Below the pieces are notes generated by a model that searched no databases, had not been told where the DNA came from, and saw only the letters and a program-made list of their open reading frames with translations. Positions 27,373-37,336 of a DNA stretch of 64,000 nucleotides are shown in pieces; within the stretch, counting starts at the first letter, position 1; the number at the start of each line of letters is the position of its first letter. The DNA comes from an uncultured Spirochaetota bacterium. GTDB taxonomy: Bacteria; Spirochaetota; Spirochaetia; SZUA-6; CAVTHK01. Where the stretch lies: the NCBI GenBank assembly GCA_963734495.1, contig CAVTHK010000005.1, positions 64,001-128,000 of the forward strand, read 5' to 3'. The translations under genes were made by a program, and so were the position numbers.

Positions 27373-29469
27373 ATGCCTCAGCTCATTCGCCGCCTGCCCG
27401 CCCATGCCGCCACGGCGGCGCTGGGGCTCCTGCTGCTCGTGTTCATCGCGCTGCCCATCGGGATGGTGCTGTTCGAGAGCGTGCGGCTTGCCGGACCCAT
27501 CCCGCTCCCTGAGCTGGCGCAGATCACGGAGCAGGCGCTGAGCCGCCTGAACCCCGAGGATCGACAGCGGCAAACCGCCCGTTGGCTCGCCGGCCTCAAG
27601 CCCGAGGAGCGCACCGCAGCCATCGCCGGCACCCTCGAGCTTCTGGGGCGTCGGGTCCCCTGGGACACACGGGCGGCGTTCGACGACCAGGCCAAGGCAG
27701 CCGAGGCGGCTGTCTCCGCGCTGTCCGACGCGGAGCGCCGCCAGTTCGACGGCATCTATCCCCTGGCGGTGGTGACGCTGCACAAGCGCATCCCGCTGGC
27801 TTTCCGTCTGCGGGACACTCTGACTCCGGCCGAGTTCGATCGGCTGCGCGAGGGGACCAAGCACGGCTACGGGCTCGACCACTATGCGGCCGTCTTCACG
27901 TCCGTGCGCCTGCATATTGCGTTTCGCAACAGTCTGCTCCTGGCCGGCGTGGCAGCGGTGCTCGCCACCGCCGTCGGCTTCGCCATCGCCTACGGCGTCA
28001 ATCGGGGCGCCATCGCCATGCCCCACCTGGTGCGCTACCTCACGCTGATCCCCTTGGTGTCGCCGCCCCTGGTGGTCGCCACCGCGTCGATCCTGCTGTT
28101 TGGGCGCAACGGCCTGTTCACCAAAGGACTGCTGCAGGACGCGCTGCACTGGATCGACGCCGACGTCACCAATCTGTACGGCTGGGGCGGTCTCATCCTG
28201 GCAGAGATGCTAGGCCACATCCCGCACGCTTTCATCCTGCTGGACAACGTCCTCTCGAAACACGACGGGCACATCGAGGAAGCAGCGGCCGGTCAGGGGG
28301 CCGACCCGTGGCAGGTGTTCCGGCGTGTCACGCTGCCGATGTCCCAACCGGGGCTGGTGCGCAGCCTGATCCTGGTGTTCGTGCTGGTCATGACCGATTT
28401 CGGCAATCCGTTGATCATCGGCAAGAACATCCCTGTGCTGGCCGGCATCCTTTACGACGAGATGGTCGGATTCCAGAACACGTCGCTCGCCGCGGCGCTG
28501 GCCGTGTGGATGATCGTGCCGGCTCTCCTGGTCTATCTGCTGATCGAGCGGCTGGGGCGGCGCCGGCGCTTCGCATCGACGGTCGGGGCGCCGCCCGAAC
28601 TGACGGTGCCGGCGGCGGTCCGCTTTAGCCTGAGCGCCGTGGCGTGGGGCGTCGTCGGGCTCACGATGGTCCTTTACGGGGCGATCGTGGTTGCCTCGTT
28701 CGTAAAGATCTGGCGCGTCGATTACGGCTTCACCCTTGCCTGGTACACAACCGGCAGCGTGGCGGGGTTCGTCTCCCAGATCCACGGCGTGCGGGTGGTA
28801 TGGGAGAGCATCAAGGCGGCGGCGCTGGCGGCTCCCATCGGAGGGTTGTTGGCGGCGGCCTTGGCCTATCTGATCGAGCGAACCCGCCCGCCGGGGCGCG
28901 GCGCTCTGGGCTTCGTCGCGCTGCTGCCGGCGACCTTGCCGGGAGTGATCCTCGGGGTCGGGTACGTCGTGGCGTTCAACCTGCCGCTGGGCGTGAAGAG
29001 CCTGGCAATGACGGGGACACTCTGGATCCTGGTGCTGAACATCCTCTTCGCGAATCTTTTTATCGGCTACCTGGCGGGCCGCGCGGTGTTGCAGCGCCAC
29101 GATGCGGCAATTGACGAGGCGGCCGAGTCCCTGGGCGCCACTCTCTGGCAGCGATTCGCCTGGGTGACGCTGCCGATCATGCGGCACGCCCTGGTCCTGG
29201 GGAGCCTGTACATCTTCGTCCAGGGACTGACGACGCTCTCGGCGGTGATCTTCCTGGTCAGCCCGACACACAAGCTGGCGTCGGTGGAGGTCTTCGCCGC
29301 GGCGGAGAGCGGTTACTACGGCGTCGCCAGCGCCTTGAGCGTCACGATTCTGTTCATCGTTTTCGCCGTCATGGGAGTGAACCACTGGATGGAGCGCCGC
29401 GGGCCGGCCTGGGCGCGCATCGGCGCCCTTGCAGGGTCGACTCCGGCAGGCCGGGACAGGAGGCCCTGA
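27373..29469 (+). CDS. ABC permease, fused two-module FbpB/ThiP type, with large N-terminal soluble insertion
   Basis: Two EAA loops (IEEAAAGQGA, IDEAAESLGA), DFGNPLIIG. Confidence 0.88.
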   Translation: MPQLIRRLPAHAATAALGLLLLVFIALPIGMVLFESVRLAGPIPLPELAQITEQALSRLNPEDRQRQTARWLAGLKPEERTAAIAGTLELLGRRVPWDTRAAFDDQAKAAEAAVSALSDAERRQFDGIYPLAVVTLHKRIPLAFRLRDTLTPAEFDRLREGTKHGYGLDHYAAVFTSVRLHIAFRNSLLLAGVAAVLATAVGFAIAYGVNRGAIAMPHLVRYLTLIPLVSPPLVVATASILLFGRNGLFTKGLLQDALHWIDADVTNLYGWGGLILAEMLGHIPHAFILLDNVLSKHDGHIEEAAAGQGADPWQVFRRVTLPMSQPGLVRSLILVFVLVMTDFGNPLIIGKNIPVLAGILYDEMVGFQNTSLAAALAVWMIVPALLVYLLIERLGRRRRFASTVGAPPELTVPAAVRFSLSAVAWGVVGLTMVLYGAIVVASFVKIWRVDYGFTLAWYTTGSVAGFVSQIHGVRVVWESIKAAALAAPIGGLLAAALAYLIERTRPPGRGALGFVALLPATLPGVILGVGYVVAFNLPLGVKSLAMTGTLWILVLNILFANLFIGYLAGRAVLQRHDAAIDEAAESLGATLWQRFAWVTLPIMRHALVLGSLYIFVQGLTTLSAVIFLVSPTHKLASVEVFAAAESGYYGVASALSVTILFIVFAVMGVNHWMERRGPAWARIGALAGSTPAGRDRRP

Positions 29470-29472
29470 GCC

Positions 29473-30351
29473 ATGCCGACGCCCCGCATCTATACCTGCA
29501 ACTGGACGCTGTTCCCCGCAATGGATGTCGTCGAGGCGGCGCGGTTCACGGCCCGGGAGAAATTCGCCGGGATCGAGTTGGAGGCCGCGCCTCTGGGATT
29601 CTGGCCCACAACGGTATCTTCGGAGATCATACGGGAACTGGCCGTCATCGGGAGGAGCGGAGGGATCGGCTACTCCGTCCACGCGCCGGACAGCCTCAAC
29701 CCTGCCACAGACCAGCCCGAAGTGAAGACCCAGGATCTCGAGATCTTCCGGCGGCTTCTGGACATGGCAGTCCAACTGGGTAGTCCGGTGATCGGCATCC
29801 ACCCCGGGATCGTCCACACTCTGTTTGCGCTGGAGCGCCACAACACCCCCTTCGAGGTTGCGCGGTACCGCCGGGACTGGCTGATCGCGGAGGCGCGCAA
29901 GAGAGCGGTGGAAACCTATCGCGAGTGGAGCGATCTCTGCCGGGAGGCCGGCCTGACGCTCACCGTGGAGAACGAAGTCCATGTCCGCCATTCGGTCGCC
30001 CCCACGGCAGAGGTCCTGGCGGAGTTGATCGCGGAGGCCGCACGAGAGAATCTTCGGGTCAACCTGGATACCGGCCACGCGTACATCGGGGCCGGTCTTT
30101 CCGAGGAGTTCCGCGCGCTCCAGAAGTTGATCGTGCACATGCACCTGAATGACGGGCGCACGCCCGGGGTGAGCGAGCATCTGCCGCTCGGCGAGGGCCG
30201 CGCGGACTTCTATCCGCTCGCCTCCTTCATTGCCCGGATGCACGGCGCGGCCGTCTTGGAGATTCATAAGCCGGACCGCCCGGTGCAAGCGACTATGGAC
30301 AGCCGCGACTATCTCCTGCGAGTACTGCGAGAGACCGGCGAATGCGACTGA
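29473..30351 (+). CDS. Sugar phosphate isomerase/epimerase (xylose isomerase-like TIM barrel)
   Basis: SVHAP, IHPG, VENE, NLDTGHA, HMHLNDG, HLPLGEG. Confidence 0.85.
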   Translation: MPTPRIYTCNWTLFPAMDVVEAARFTAREKFAGIELEAAPLGFWPTTVSSEIIRELAVIGRSGGIGYSVHAPDSLNPATDQPEVKTQDLEIFRRLLDMAVQLGSPVIGIHPGIVHTLFALERHNTPFEVARYRRDWLIAEARKRAVETYREWSDLCREAGLTLTVENEVHVRHSVAPTAEVLAELIAEAARENLRVNLDTGHAYIGAGLSEEFRALQKLIVHMHLNDGRTPGVSEHLPLGEGRADFYPLASFIARMHGAAVLEIHKPDRPVQATMDSRDYLLRVLRETGECD

Positions 30352-30659
30352 GCGTGGCGATGCGATAGCCGTGCTGGCAACGAGCACCAGAGTTCAGTGG
30401 CGCGGTGCCCGGGATCTTCTCGTACTTCTTCAGCTTGCGCTGGTACAGCTTCTCCTTCGCCCACCGGTACTCCTGGCCGCTCAAGAAGGGCCATTCGCCG
30501 CATGATCCCACAGAGCCGACGCATCATTGCGATGCGCGCCCGGCCGACGCCACGCCGATCGATGAGTTCTCAGCGAGATACGCCGAGGCCGTCAGCGCCG
30601 GTGATCCCGCGGATCGTCATCAGCGGTGGGCTTGCAGACGTGAGAGATGACATCGTGGC

Positions 30660-30996
30660 CAGTGGCTCCGCCTCCAACCGGCCCGGCCGGTCTTCGGGCA
30701 TCGAGGCAACGCGCGCGGCCGGCTGAGCGTGACCGGGCGAAAGGGCCGCGAGGACGCGTTCGCGCGGCCGAAGCGGGTCCGAGGCGGGGCGCGCAGTCGC
30801 CGCTCGCGGCCGGCGGCCGGCGGGGCCGAGGACGGAACCCCCGCAGGCCAGCGGGCGCCATCCATGGCTCCCGCTCGGCCTCCTGACATCCCTGTCAGTC
30901 GCACGCGACCCCGAGCCCGCGCGGTCGAGGGCCGGCCGCGCGGACAAGCGCACCTCCGCCCCACGCGGCGACATGGCTCGGGGGCACGCCCAATCC
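30660..30996 (-). repeat. Right copy of long diverged inverted repeat (outer island boundary)
   Basis: See 7459-7750; this copy has about 54 extra nt at 30847-30900. Confidence 0.85.
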
Positions 30997-31208
30997 TCTC
31001 AAGACTCAAGAGGAGGCCGGCTCTTGCCTGTTGGGGCCCGGCGACCAGCAGATCGACGCGGGGCCGCGGCAAAACCTGATCGCTCCGCCAGCACGCTCTC
31101 CGTCGCCGTGACCTTCGTCACCTTCCAACGACCGCTCATGTCGGGCGTGGTGACGTCGGCATCAAGGGGCAACACGACGCGCAGCGGCGCGCCGGGCTCG
31201 ACGCCGGC

Positions 31209-32345
31209 TCACTTCATCCCGAGCATCTGCTCCTTCAGGTCCAGGTAGAACAGGTAGTCGTCGCTCGCGGACGTTGGGCGGGCAGCGGTGGTCGCAGAAC
31301 GGGATAAAGCCGCCACGCTCTACCAGGGGCGCGAGCGACTCGAGGCAGGCGCGGATCGCGTCGCGGCCCGCGCCGAGGGCGTGCTTGTCGACGCCGCCGA
31401 GAATGCGCAGCTCGGGAGCGTAGCGAGCGAGCAGGTCGCCCGGGTGGCCGGAGCAGTGCACCTCGAACGGGAACATCGTGTTCAGCCCCGTCGCCAGCCA
31501 GCCCGGAACGAGCGCCCGGATGTCGCCGTCGCAGTCCGTGTACCAGATGTCGATGCCGGCCGCGGCGAGCTTCGCTCCGATGCGGCGATAGCGCGGGAGA
31601 ACGACGTCCTTGAAGAAGGAGAGCGACACGATCGGCCCGCTCTTGTAGCAGATGTCCTCCCAACCGGCGGCGAAGTCGAAGTCGATCCTGCCGAGCACCT
31701 GGTCGAGCATGTCCTCGACCAGCACGCAGGCGGTCTCGACCATGTCCTCGAGCATCTCGGGGTAGTCGTAGATGGCGAAGGCGAAGCCCTCGAAGGTGAG
31801 CATGTCCCGGACGCGGCCCATGAGCGAGCCGCAGTGCACGCCGAGCGGGTAGTCGCGGCTGCGCGGATGCGCGCGCGCGAGCGAGTCGACGTCGATGCGC
31901 CGCGCGGGGTCGTCGCGGCGGAAGCGCTCCTCCCTGCGCGCCGCTTCCAGTCGTCGGGCGTCCGGATCGAGGCGCGCAGGAAGTGCGGGATCGTGTCGTG
32001 CCCGTCGCGCGGGACCTCGGCGAGCAGGCCGTGCTGGTTGATCACGATGCGGGTGGTTTCGGTCTCGGCGATCAACTTCTCCTCGAACCAGGGGCTCATC
32101 CACGTCGTGCCGGAGAACACCTCGATCCGGTCGAAGCTGAAGAAGCGGTCCGCCTGCTCGTTGCTCGCGATCCCGTGATCGCTAAAGACCCGCCACGAGC
32201 CGAAGTTCTCGTTCCAGTACCCGAACTCCATGTTGAAGCAGCGGTCCACCGGCCTGTGGTGCATCTGCGCCACGAAACGCTCGCGGTCGCTCATCGAGCC
32301 CGCCCACTTGGCCCGGATCGGCGTGACCCGCATGACGTCAGGCAT
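31209..32345 (-). CDS. Uroporphyrinogen decarboxylase/MtaA-CmuA superfamily protein; frameshifts near 31938 and 31266
   Basis: MSDRERF, WEDICYKSGPIVS, DCDGDI, LGGVDK, GGFIPFCDHRCPPNV. Confidence 0.8.
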
Positions 32346-32376
32346 GGCCCACACTACTCCGCCCCGACTCGACAGG

Positions 32377-32393
32377 GCGCAACAGCGTTGCGC
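32377..32393. promoter_or_regulatory. Palindromic operator candidate in divergent promoter region
   Basis: gcgcaac-agc-gttgcgc overlaps the putative -35 (TTGCGC, 32388-32393) of the GH2 gene. Confidence 0.45.
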
Positions 32394-32423
32394 GGCGCCC
32401 CCCGCCCCGCTACACTCGCGGCC

Positions 32424-34196
32424 ATGATCCGCCGTTTTCTCGAGCACGCCCGCCGCCCGGTCCTGGACCTGGGGGGCGTGTGGGATTTCGCGTTCCTCGG
32501 CGACGTCGCAGCGGACGCGGTCGACGTCGGCCGCATCGCCTTCGACGACCGCATCGCGGTCCCCGGATGCTTCGACGCCAGCCCGCGCTACGCCGGCCGG
32601 CGCGGGCTGACCGCCTACCGCCGAACGGTGCCGCTCGCCGCCGGGCGGCGCGCCCGACTGGTGCTGAGCGGCGTCCACCACTGGTGCCGCGTCTTCGCCG
32701 GCGGCCGGGCGCTGGCCGAGCACGTCGGGGGCTACACCGTGTTCGCCGTCGACATCCCGCCGCGGCGGCCGGCCGCGGCCGCGACCGACGTGGTGGTGCT
32801 CGTCGACAACCGCCTCGACTACGGGCGCTGCCCCCTTCACCTGGATTATTTCGACTGGTACCACTACGGCGGCATCGCCCGCGGCGCCGAGCTGCACGCG
32901 CTGCCGGATCCCTGGATCGAAGAGCTGCGTGTCGTCACGACGGACCTCGCGAGACGCGAGATCGAGGTGACCCTGCGCTACGGGTGCGCAGGCGGCGCCG
33001 CGGCGGAGGCGCCGCTGGAGCTGGCGCTCGACGGCCGCACGATTACCCGCGAGACCGTGCGCCTCACGGCCGGCGGGGGCGCCGTGACGCTGCGGCTGCG
33101 GCTCGACGGGACCGAGCCGTGGACGCCCCGCGCGCCGCGGCTGTACGCCCTCTCCGCGACGCTCGCCGAGGACGACCTGGTCGAGCGCGTCGGGCTGCGC
33201 GAGGTCAGGGTCGACGGCCGCTCGCTGCTGCTCAACGGCGAGCCGCTCGAGCTCCGCGGGTTCAACCGCCACGACGCCCACCCGCAGTTCGGCTGCGGGC
33301 TGCCCGAGGCGCTGCTCGCGGCCGACGTCCAGATCCTGCAGGACCTCGGCGCGAACTTCGTCCGGGGCAGCCACTATCCGCAGGACCCGCGCTTCCTCGA
33401 CCTCTGCGACGAGGCGGGCCTCCTGGTCTGGAGCGAGGCGATCGGCTGGCAGCACACCCCGGCGCACCTGAACGACCCGCGCTTCCTCGACGCGCAGATC
33501 ACGGACATCCGCGAGATGATCGGCTCGGCAGCCAACCATCCGTCCGTGATCCTCTGGGGCCTTCTGAACGAGAGCGCGAGCCAGGACGCCGCGAGCCGGC
33601 CGGGCTACGAGCGGCTCATCGGCGAGATCCGCAGGCTCGACCCGAGCCGGCCCGTCACCTACGCGTCCAACCACTGGCGCGACGACCTCGCCTTCGACCT
33701 CATCGACGTCGTGTCCATCAACACCTATCCCGGCTGGTACGTCGGGGAGCTGGCAACTCTTCCCGCCGAGCTCGATCGCGTGATCGAGCGCCTCGAACAG
33801 CCGGATGTCGCCTCGAAGCCTGCGATCCTCTCGGAGATCGGCGCCGGCGCGGTCCCCGGGTGGCGCGACCAGAACCGCACGCGGTGGAGCGAGGAGTACC
33901 AGGCCGCGCTGCTCGAAACGGTGATCCGCCACGTGTTCCACGACACGAAGCGCTTTGCGGGCCTCGCGATCTGGCAGTTCTCGGACTGCCGCAGCTCCGA
34001 GCTCACGGAGCGGGTGCTCCGCAGGCCGCGCGCCTTCAACAACAAGGGGGTCGTCGACGAATACCGCAGGCCCAAGCTGGCCTTCGACACCGTGAGGCGC
34101 ATGTACCGCGAGCTCGCGGATCGGCCGGCGACCGGGAAGGGCGCGGCGGCTCGGCCGACCCCTCGCCCCCGGTCCACCCAGGGAGGACGAAAATGA
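32424..34196 (+). CDS. Glycoside hydrolase family 2, probable beta-glucuronidase-type
   Basis: YGGIAR, GFNRHD, NFVRGSHYP, NHPSVILWGLLNE, SEIG, and NNKG (N-K motif). Confidence 0.9.
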   Translation: MIRRFLEHARRPVLDLGGVWDFAFLGDVAADAVDVGRIAFDDRIAVPGCFDASPRYAGRRGLTAYRRTVPLAAGRRARLVLSGVHHWCRVFAGGRALAEHVGGYTVFAVDIPPRRPAAAATDVVVLVDNRLDYGRCPLHLDYFDWYHYGGIARGAELHALPDPWIEELRVVTTDLARREIEVTLRYGCAGGAAAEAPLELALDGRTITRETVRLTAGGGAVTLRLRLDGTEPWTPRAPRLYALSATLAEDDLVERVGLREVRVDGRSLLLNGEPLELRGFNRHDAHPQFGCGLPEALLAADVQILQDLGANFVRGSHYPQDPRFLDLCDEAGLLVWSEAIGWQHTPAHLNDPRFLDAQITDIREMIGSAANHPSVILWGLLNESASQDAASRPGYERLIGEIRRLDPSRPVTYASNHWRDDLAFDLIDVVSINTYPGWYVGELATLPAELDRVIERLEQPDVASKPAILSEIGAGAVPGWRDQNRTRWSEEYQAALLETVIRHVFHDTKRFAGLAIWQFSDCRSSELTERVLRRPRAFNNKGVVDEYRRPKLAFDTVRRMYRELADRPATGKGAAARPTPRPRSTQGGRK

Positions 34197-34663
34197 AGGT
34201 AGCCTTCGCCACTGACCACTCGGGCTTCCCGATGAAAGGCGAGGTCCTCGCCATTCTCAAAGACCTCGGCGCGGGGGTCATCGACCACGGGTCGTTCACG
34301 CCCGAGCGGGTCGACTTCCCGGACCTCGCGCGCAAGCTCTGCGCCTCGATCCGCGGCGGCGAAGCCGAGCGGGGGATCATGCTGTGCGGAACCGGCATCG
34401 GCGCCGCGATCGCCGCGAACAAGTTCCCCGGGATCCGCGCATGCGTGTGCCACGACGTGCACAGCGCGCACCAGGGCGTCGAGCACGACGACATGAACGT
34501 GCTGTGTCTCGGCGGCAAGATCATCGGCCCGTGGCTGGCGCGCGACATCATCCAGGCGTTCATCGGGGCGAAATTCTCGACGGATGAGTACTTCCGCAGC
34601 CGCCTCGTGAAGCTCGAGCTGATGGAGGCCGAGGCCGCCCGGCTGGCGCTGGAGCGGAAGTAG
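34193..34663 (+). CDS. rpiB: RpiB/LacA/LacB sugar-phosphate isomerase
   Basis: ATDHSGF, CGTGIG, ANKFPGIRA, EHDDMNVLCLG; ATGA coupling to the GH2 gene. Confidence 0.9.
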   Translation: MKVAFATDHSGFPMKGEVLAILKDLGAGVIDHGSFTPERVDFPDLARKLCASIRGGEAERGIMLCGTGIGAAIAANKFPGIRACVCHDVHSAHQGVEHDDMNVLCLGGKIIGPWLARDIIQAFIGAKFSTDEYFRSRLVKLELMEAEAARLALERK

Positions 34664-34739
34664 GGGCCGCGGCCGGGCTCGCCCAAGGGCGCCTCCCTCG
34701 CACTTGTCAGGCGCGCGACGAATGCGTACCCTCTCCTCC

Positions 34740-36023
34740 ATGAGCGCCATCGACGGCATCCTCGACCGCATCCCCCTGCCCCGCGTGGTGCGGATCCGGC
34801 AGACCTTTCCCCGGCCCCGCATCGAAGACCCCGGCGCCGAGCTGATCGCCCGCGTGCAGGCGCGGGGCCTGCTCGCCCGCGTCAAGCCCGGCGCGCGCAT
34901 CGCGATCACCGCGGGAAGCCGCGGCATCAGCAACATGCCCGAGATGGTGAGCCTCCTCGGCAGGGAGATCCGCCGCCTGGGGGGCGAGCCGTTCATCGTG
35001 CCGGCCATGGGGAGCCACGGCGGCGCCACGGCCGAGGGCCAGAAGAAGATGCTGCAGGGCCTCGGGATCAAGGACGACATCCCGATCCGTTCCTCGATGG
35101 AGGTCGTGCGCATCGGCACCTCCGACAACGGCCTCCCCGTTCACATGGACCGCAACGCGTGGGAGTCGGACGGCATCGTCGTCATCAACCGGATCAAGCC
35201 GCACGTCGCCTTCCGCGGGCCCTACGAGAGCGGGCTGATGAAGATGCTCGCCATCGGGCTCGGCAAGCAGTACGGCGCCGAGATCTGCCACAACCTCGGC
35301 TTCGGGCGGATGGCGGACAACGTGCCGGCGATCGGGAAGGTCGTGCTCGCCAGCGGCAAGATCCTCATGGCGGTCGCGCTCCTCGAGAACCCCTACCACG
35401 AGACCTGCCGCATCGAGGTGCTCGCGCCGGACGAGGTGGCCGAAGCCGAGCCCCCGCTGCAGCTCGAGTCGCGCGCGCTCCTGCCCCGCTTCTACTGCGA
35501 ATCCTTCGACGTGCTGGTCATCGACGAGATCGGCAAGAACATCAGCGGCACCGGCTTCGACAACAACGTGGTCGGCCGCTACCACACGCAGTTCATCTCC
35601 GGCGGACCGACCATCACCCGCGTGGCCGCGCTGGACATCACGGACGAGAGCCACGGGAACGCCAACGGGCTGGGGATCCTCGATTTCACGACGCGGCGCG
35701 CCTTTGACAAGTTCGATTTCGAGCAGACCTACCCGAACAGCCTGACTTCCACCGTGCCGACGAGCGTCAAGATCCCGATGGTGCTCCGCAACGACCGGCA
35801 GGCCATCCAGGCCGCGATCAAGACGTGCAACATCGCGCGCTGGGAGGACGTCCGTTTCACGCGCATCCGCAATACGCTTTCCATGAGCGAGATCGAGGTG
35901 AGCGAGAACATCGCCGCCGAGCTCGCGGACAACCCCAACGTGAGCGTCGCGAGCGAGCCCTACGATCTCCCCTTCGACGCCAGCGGTGACCTGCTCGCGC
36001 GCGAGGCCGTCGCGGCGCACTGA
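34740..36023 (+). CDS. Lactate racemase (LarA/DUF2088)-domain protein
   Basis: AITAGSRGISN, FIVPAMGSHGGATAEGQ, NRIKPH, ESGLMKMLAIGLGK, GKNISGTG. Confidence 0.75.
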   Translation: MSAIDGILDRIPLPRVVRIRQTFPRPRIEDPGAELIARVQARGLLARVKPGARIAITAGSRGISNMPEMVSLLGREIRRLGGEPFIVPAMGSHGGATAEGQKKMLQGLGIKDDIPIRSSMEVVRIGTSDNGLPVHMDRNAWESDGIVVINRIKPHVAFRGPYESGLMKMLAIGLGKQYGAEICHNLGFGRMADNVPAIGKVVLASGKILMAVALLENPYHETCRIEVLAPDEVAEAEPPLQLESRALLPRFYCESFDVLVIDEIGKNISGTGFDNNVVGRYHTQFISGGPTITRVAALDITDESHGNANGLGILDFTTRRAFDKFDFEQTYPNSLTSTVPTSVKIPMVLRNDRQAIQAAIKTCNIARWEDVRFTRIRNTLSMSEIEVSENIAAELADNPNVSVASEPYDLPFDASGDLLAREAVAAH

Positions 36024-36053
36024 CGGGCGCGCGCCTCGAAGCGCTCAGGCGCG

Positions 36054-37316
36054 TCAGGCCGGGCCGAGCTCGCGGGGCGGCCACCCCGCCCTGTAGACCT
36101 GCGTCCCGAACCGCGGGAGGTCGTCGACCACGAAGAACATTCCGCCGCCTCTCCAGCGCTCCCCGCCGGCGAGAAAGTCGGCCACGCCGCGCCGGAGGCT
36201 CGTGTCGCGCGGCGCCGTGGCCGGGTCGATGTCGTTCCGCAGAAAGATGAACCACAGCCCGTCCCGGCCGTTCGAGGCCACGGGATACAGGTAGAGCTCG
36301 CGCTGGAACCGGACCAGGTTGTCGGACGAGAGCGGGATGCGCTCGAACTGCGTATTGAAGATCCAGGAGGAGCAGCCGAACGTGCGGCAGACCTGGTTGG
36401 GGAAGAAGCGCGCGAAAAAGTCCGCGGCGCGCCGCATCGAATCGGCGCACGCCTCGAGCGTCATGCGGCCGCCCTCGGGGATGTGCATGTCCAGAGTCTG
36501 GTCGCCGTCGGCGAGCACGCATTCCCATTCCCGGAGGCTGAGCGTCACGCGGCGCTTCTCCGCGAACCCGGCCGGCGAGATCACGGAGCCCGTCACGCTG
36601 GTCGCGGTCCGGTCGAGCGTCGCGGTCCAGCCCGTCGGGTACGACGGGCCAATGCCCCCGCCCAGCTCCCAGGCCACCTGCCCTTCATCGTCATAGCGGG
36701 TGCCGTCCGGCGCCAGGGCCGCGACGCGGCCGGTCGCGCGGTGCCTGTAGGCCACGGCGCCTCCGCGCGCGGGCCGGATCATGTATTCCATGCGTCCGAG
36801 CCGGAACAGCCGGCATGCCGGGTAATGCCTCGTCCAGTAGATCTGCGTGACGGGGATGCCGATCTCGCCTCCGCTCATGCGCGCGTAGTTCTCTGCGAAG
36901 CACGCGAGCTGGCTGCAGGTCTCGCGGGTGACCGCGTCGGGCACGCCCATGCGCGCGTGAGCCTCGCGCACGCGCGGCACCATGGCCGTGGCCACGAGCA
37001 GGTAGAAGGCGCCCCCCAGCGCCGAAGGCCACTCGCTCACGCGCTCGTAGTCGGCGTGCTCGTAGAGCAGCCGCTGGCAGTGCCAGGCGAGGAGCCGCGC
37101 GGCGGGGTCGCGGGCGATGCGGGACGCCTCGGCCTGGAGCCTCGCCTCGGCCGATTCGGGCAGGCCGCTGTAGCCGCGCGCGGCCCGCACCTCGCCGGGC
37201 TCGAGAAAGGCGGGCTTGCGTTCGCCCAGGCTCGCGACCGACTCCTCCCAGTGGGGCGCGAAGACGTCCGCGGCCTCGGGGACTCCCAGCCTCGAAAGCG
37301 CATCGTGAAGATCCAT
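36054..37316 (-). CDS. Acyltransferase-domain protein (N-terminal helical plus GNAT-like C-terminal domain)
   Basis: FRLGRMEY, LDMHIPEGG, FGCSSWIF, NLVRFQ, DTSLRR; RBS ggaggag before ATG 37316. Confidence 0.75.
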   Translation of the reverse strand: MDLHDALSRLGVPEAADVFAPHWEESVASLGERKPAFLEPGEVRAARGYSGLPESAEARLQAEASRIARDPAARLLAWHCQRLLYEHADYERVSEWPSALGGAFYLLVATAMVPRVREAHARMGVPDAVTRETCSQLACFAENYARMSGGEIGIPVTQIYWTRHYPACRLFRLGRMEYMIRPARGGAVAYRHRATGRVAALAPDGTRYDDEGQVAWELGGGIGPSYPTGWTATLDRTATSVTGSVISPAGFAEKRRVTLSLREWECVLADGDQTLDMHIPEGGRMTLEACADSMRRAADFFARFFPNQVCRTFGCSSWIFNTQFERIPLSSDNLVRFQRELYLYPVASNGRDGLWFIFLRNDIDPATAPRDTSLRRGVADFLAGGERWRGGGMFFVVDDLPRFGTQVYRAGWPPRELGPA

Positions 37317-37336
37317 CGGGCTCCTCCCTGCTCGAG

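Noticed and set aside
7440-31010. Target-site duplication flanking the outer repeats
   Set aside because: Flanks taggcctc and tctcaaga share no convincing direct repeat.
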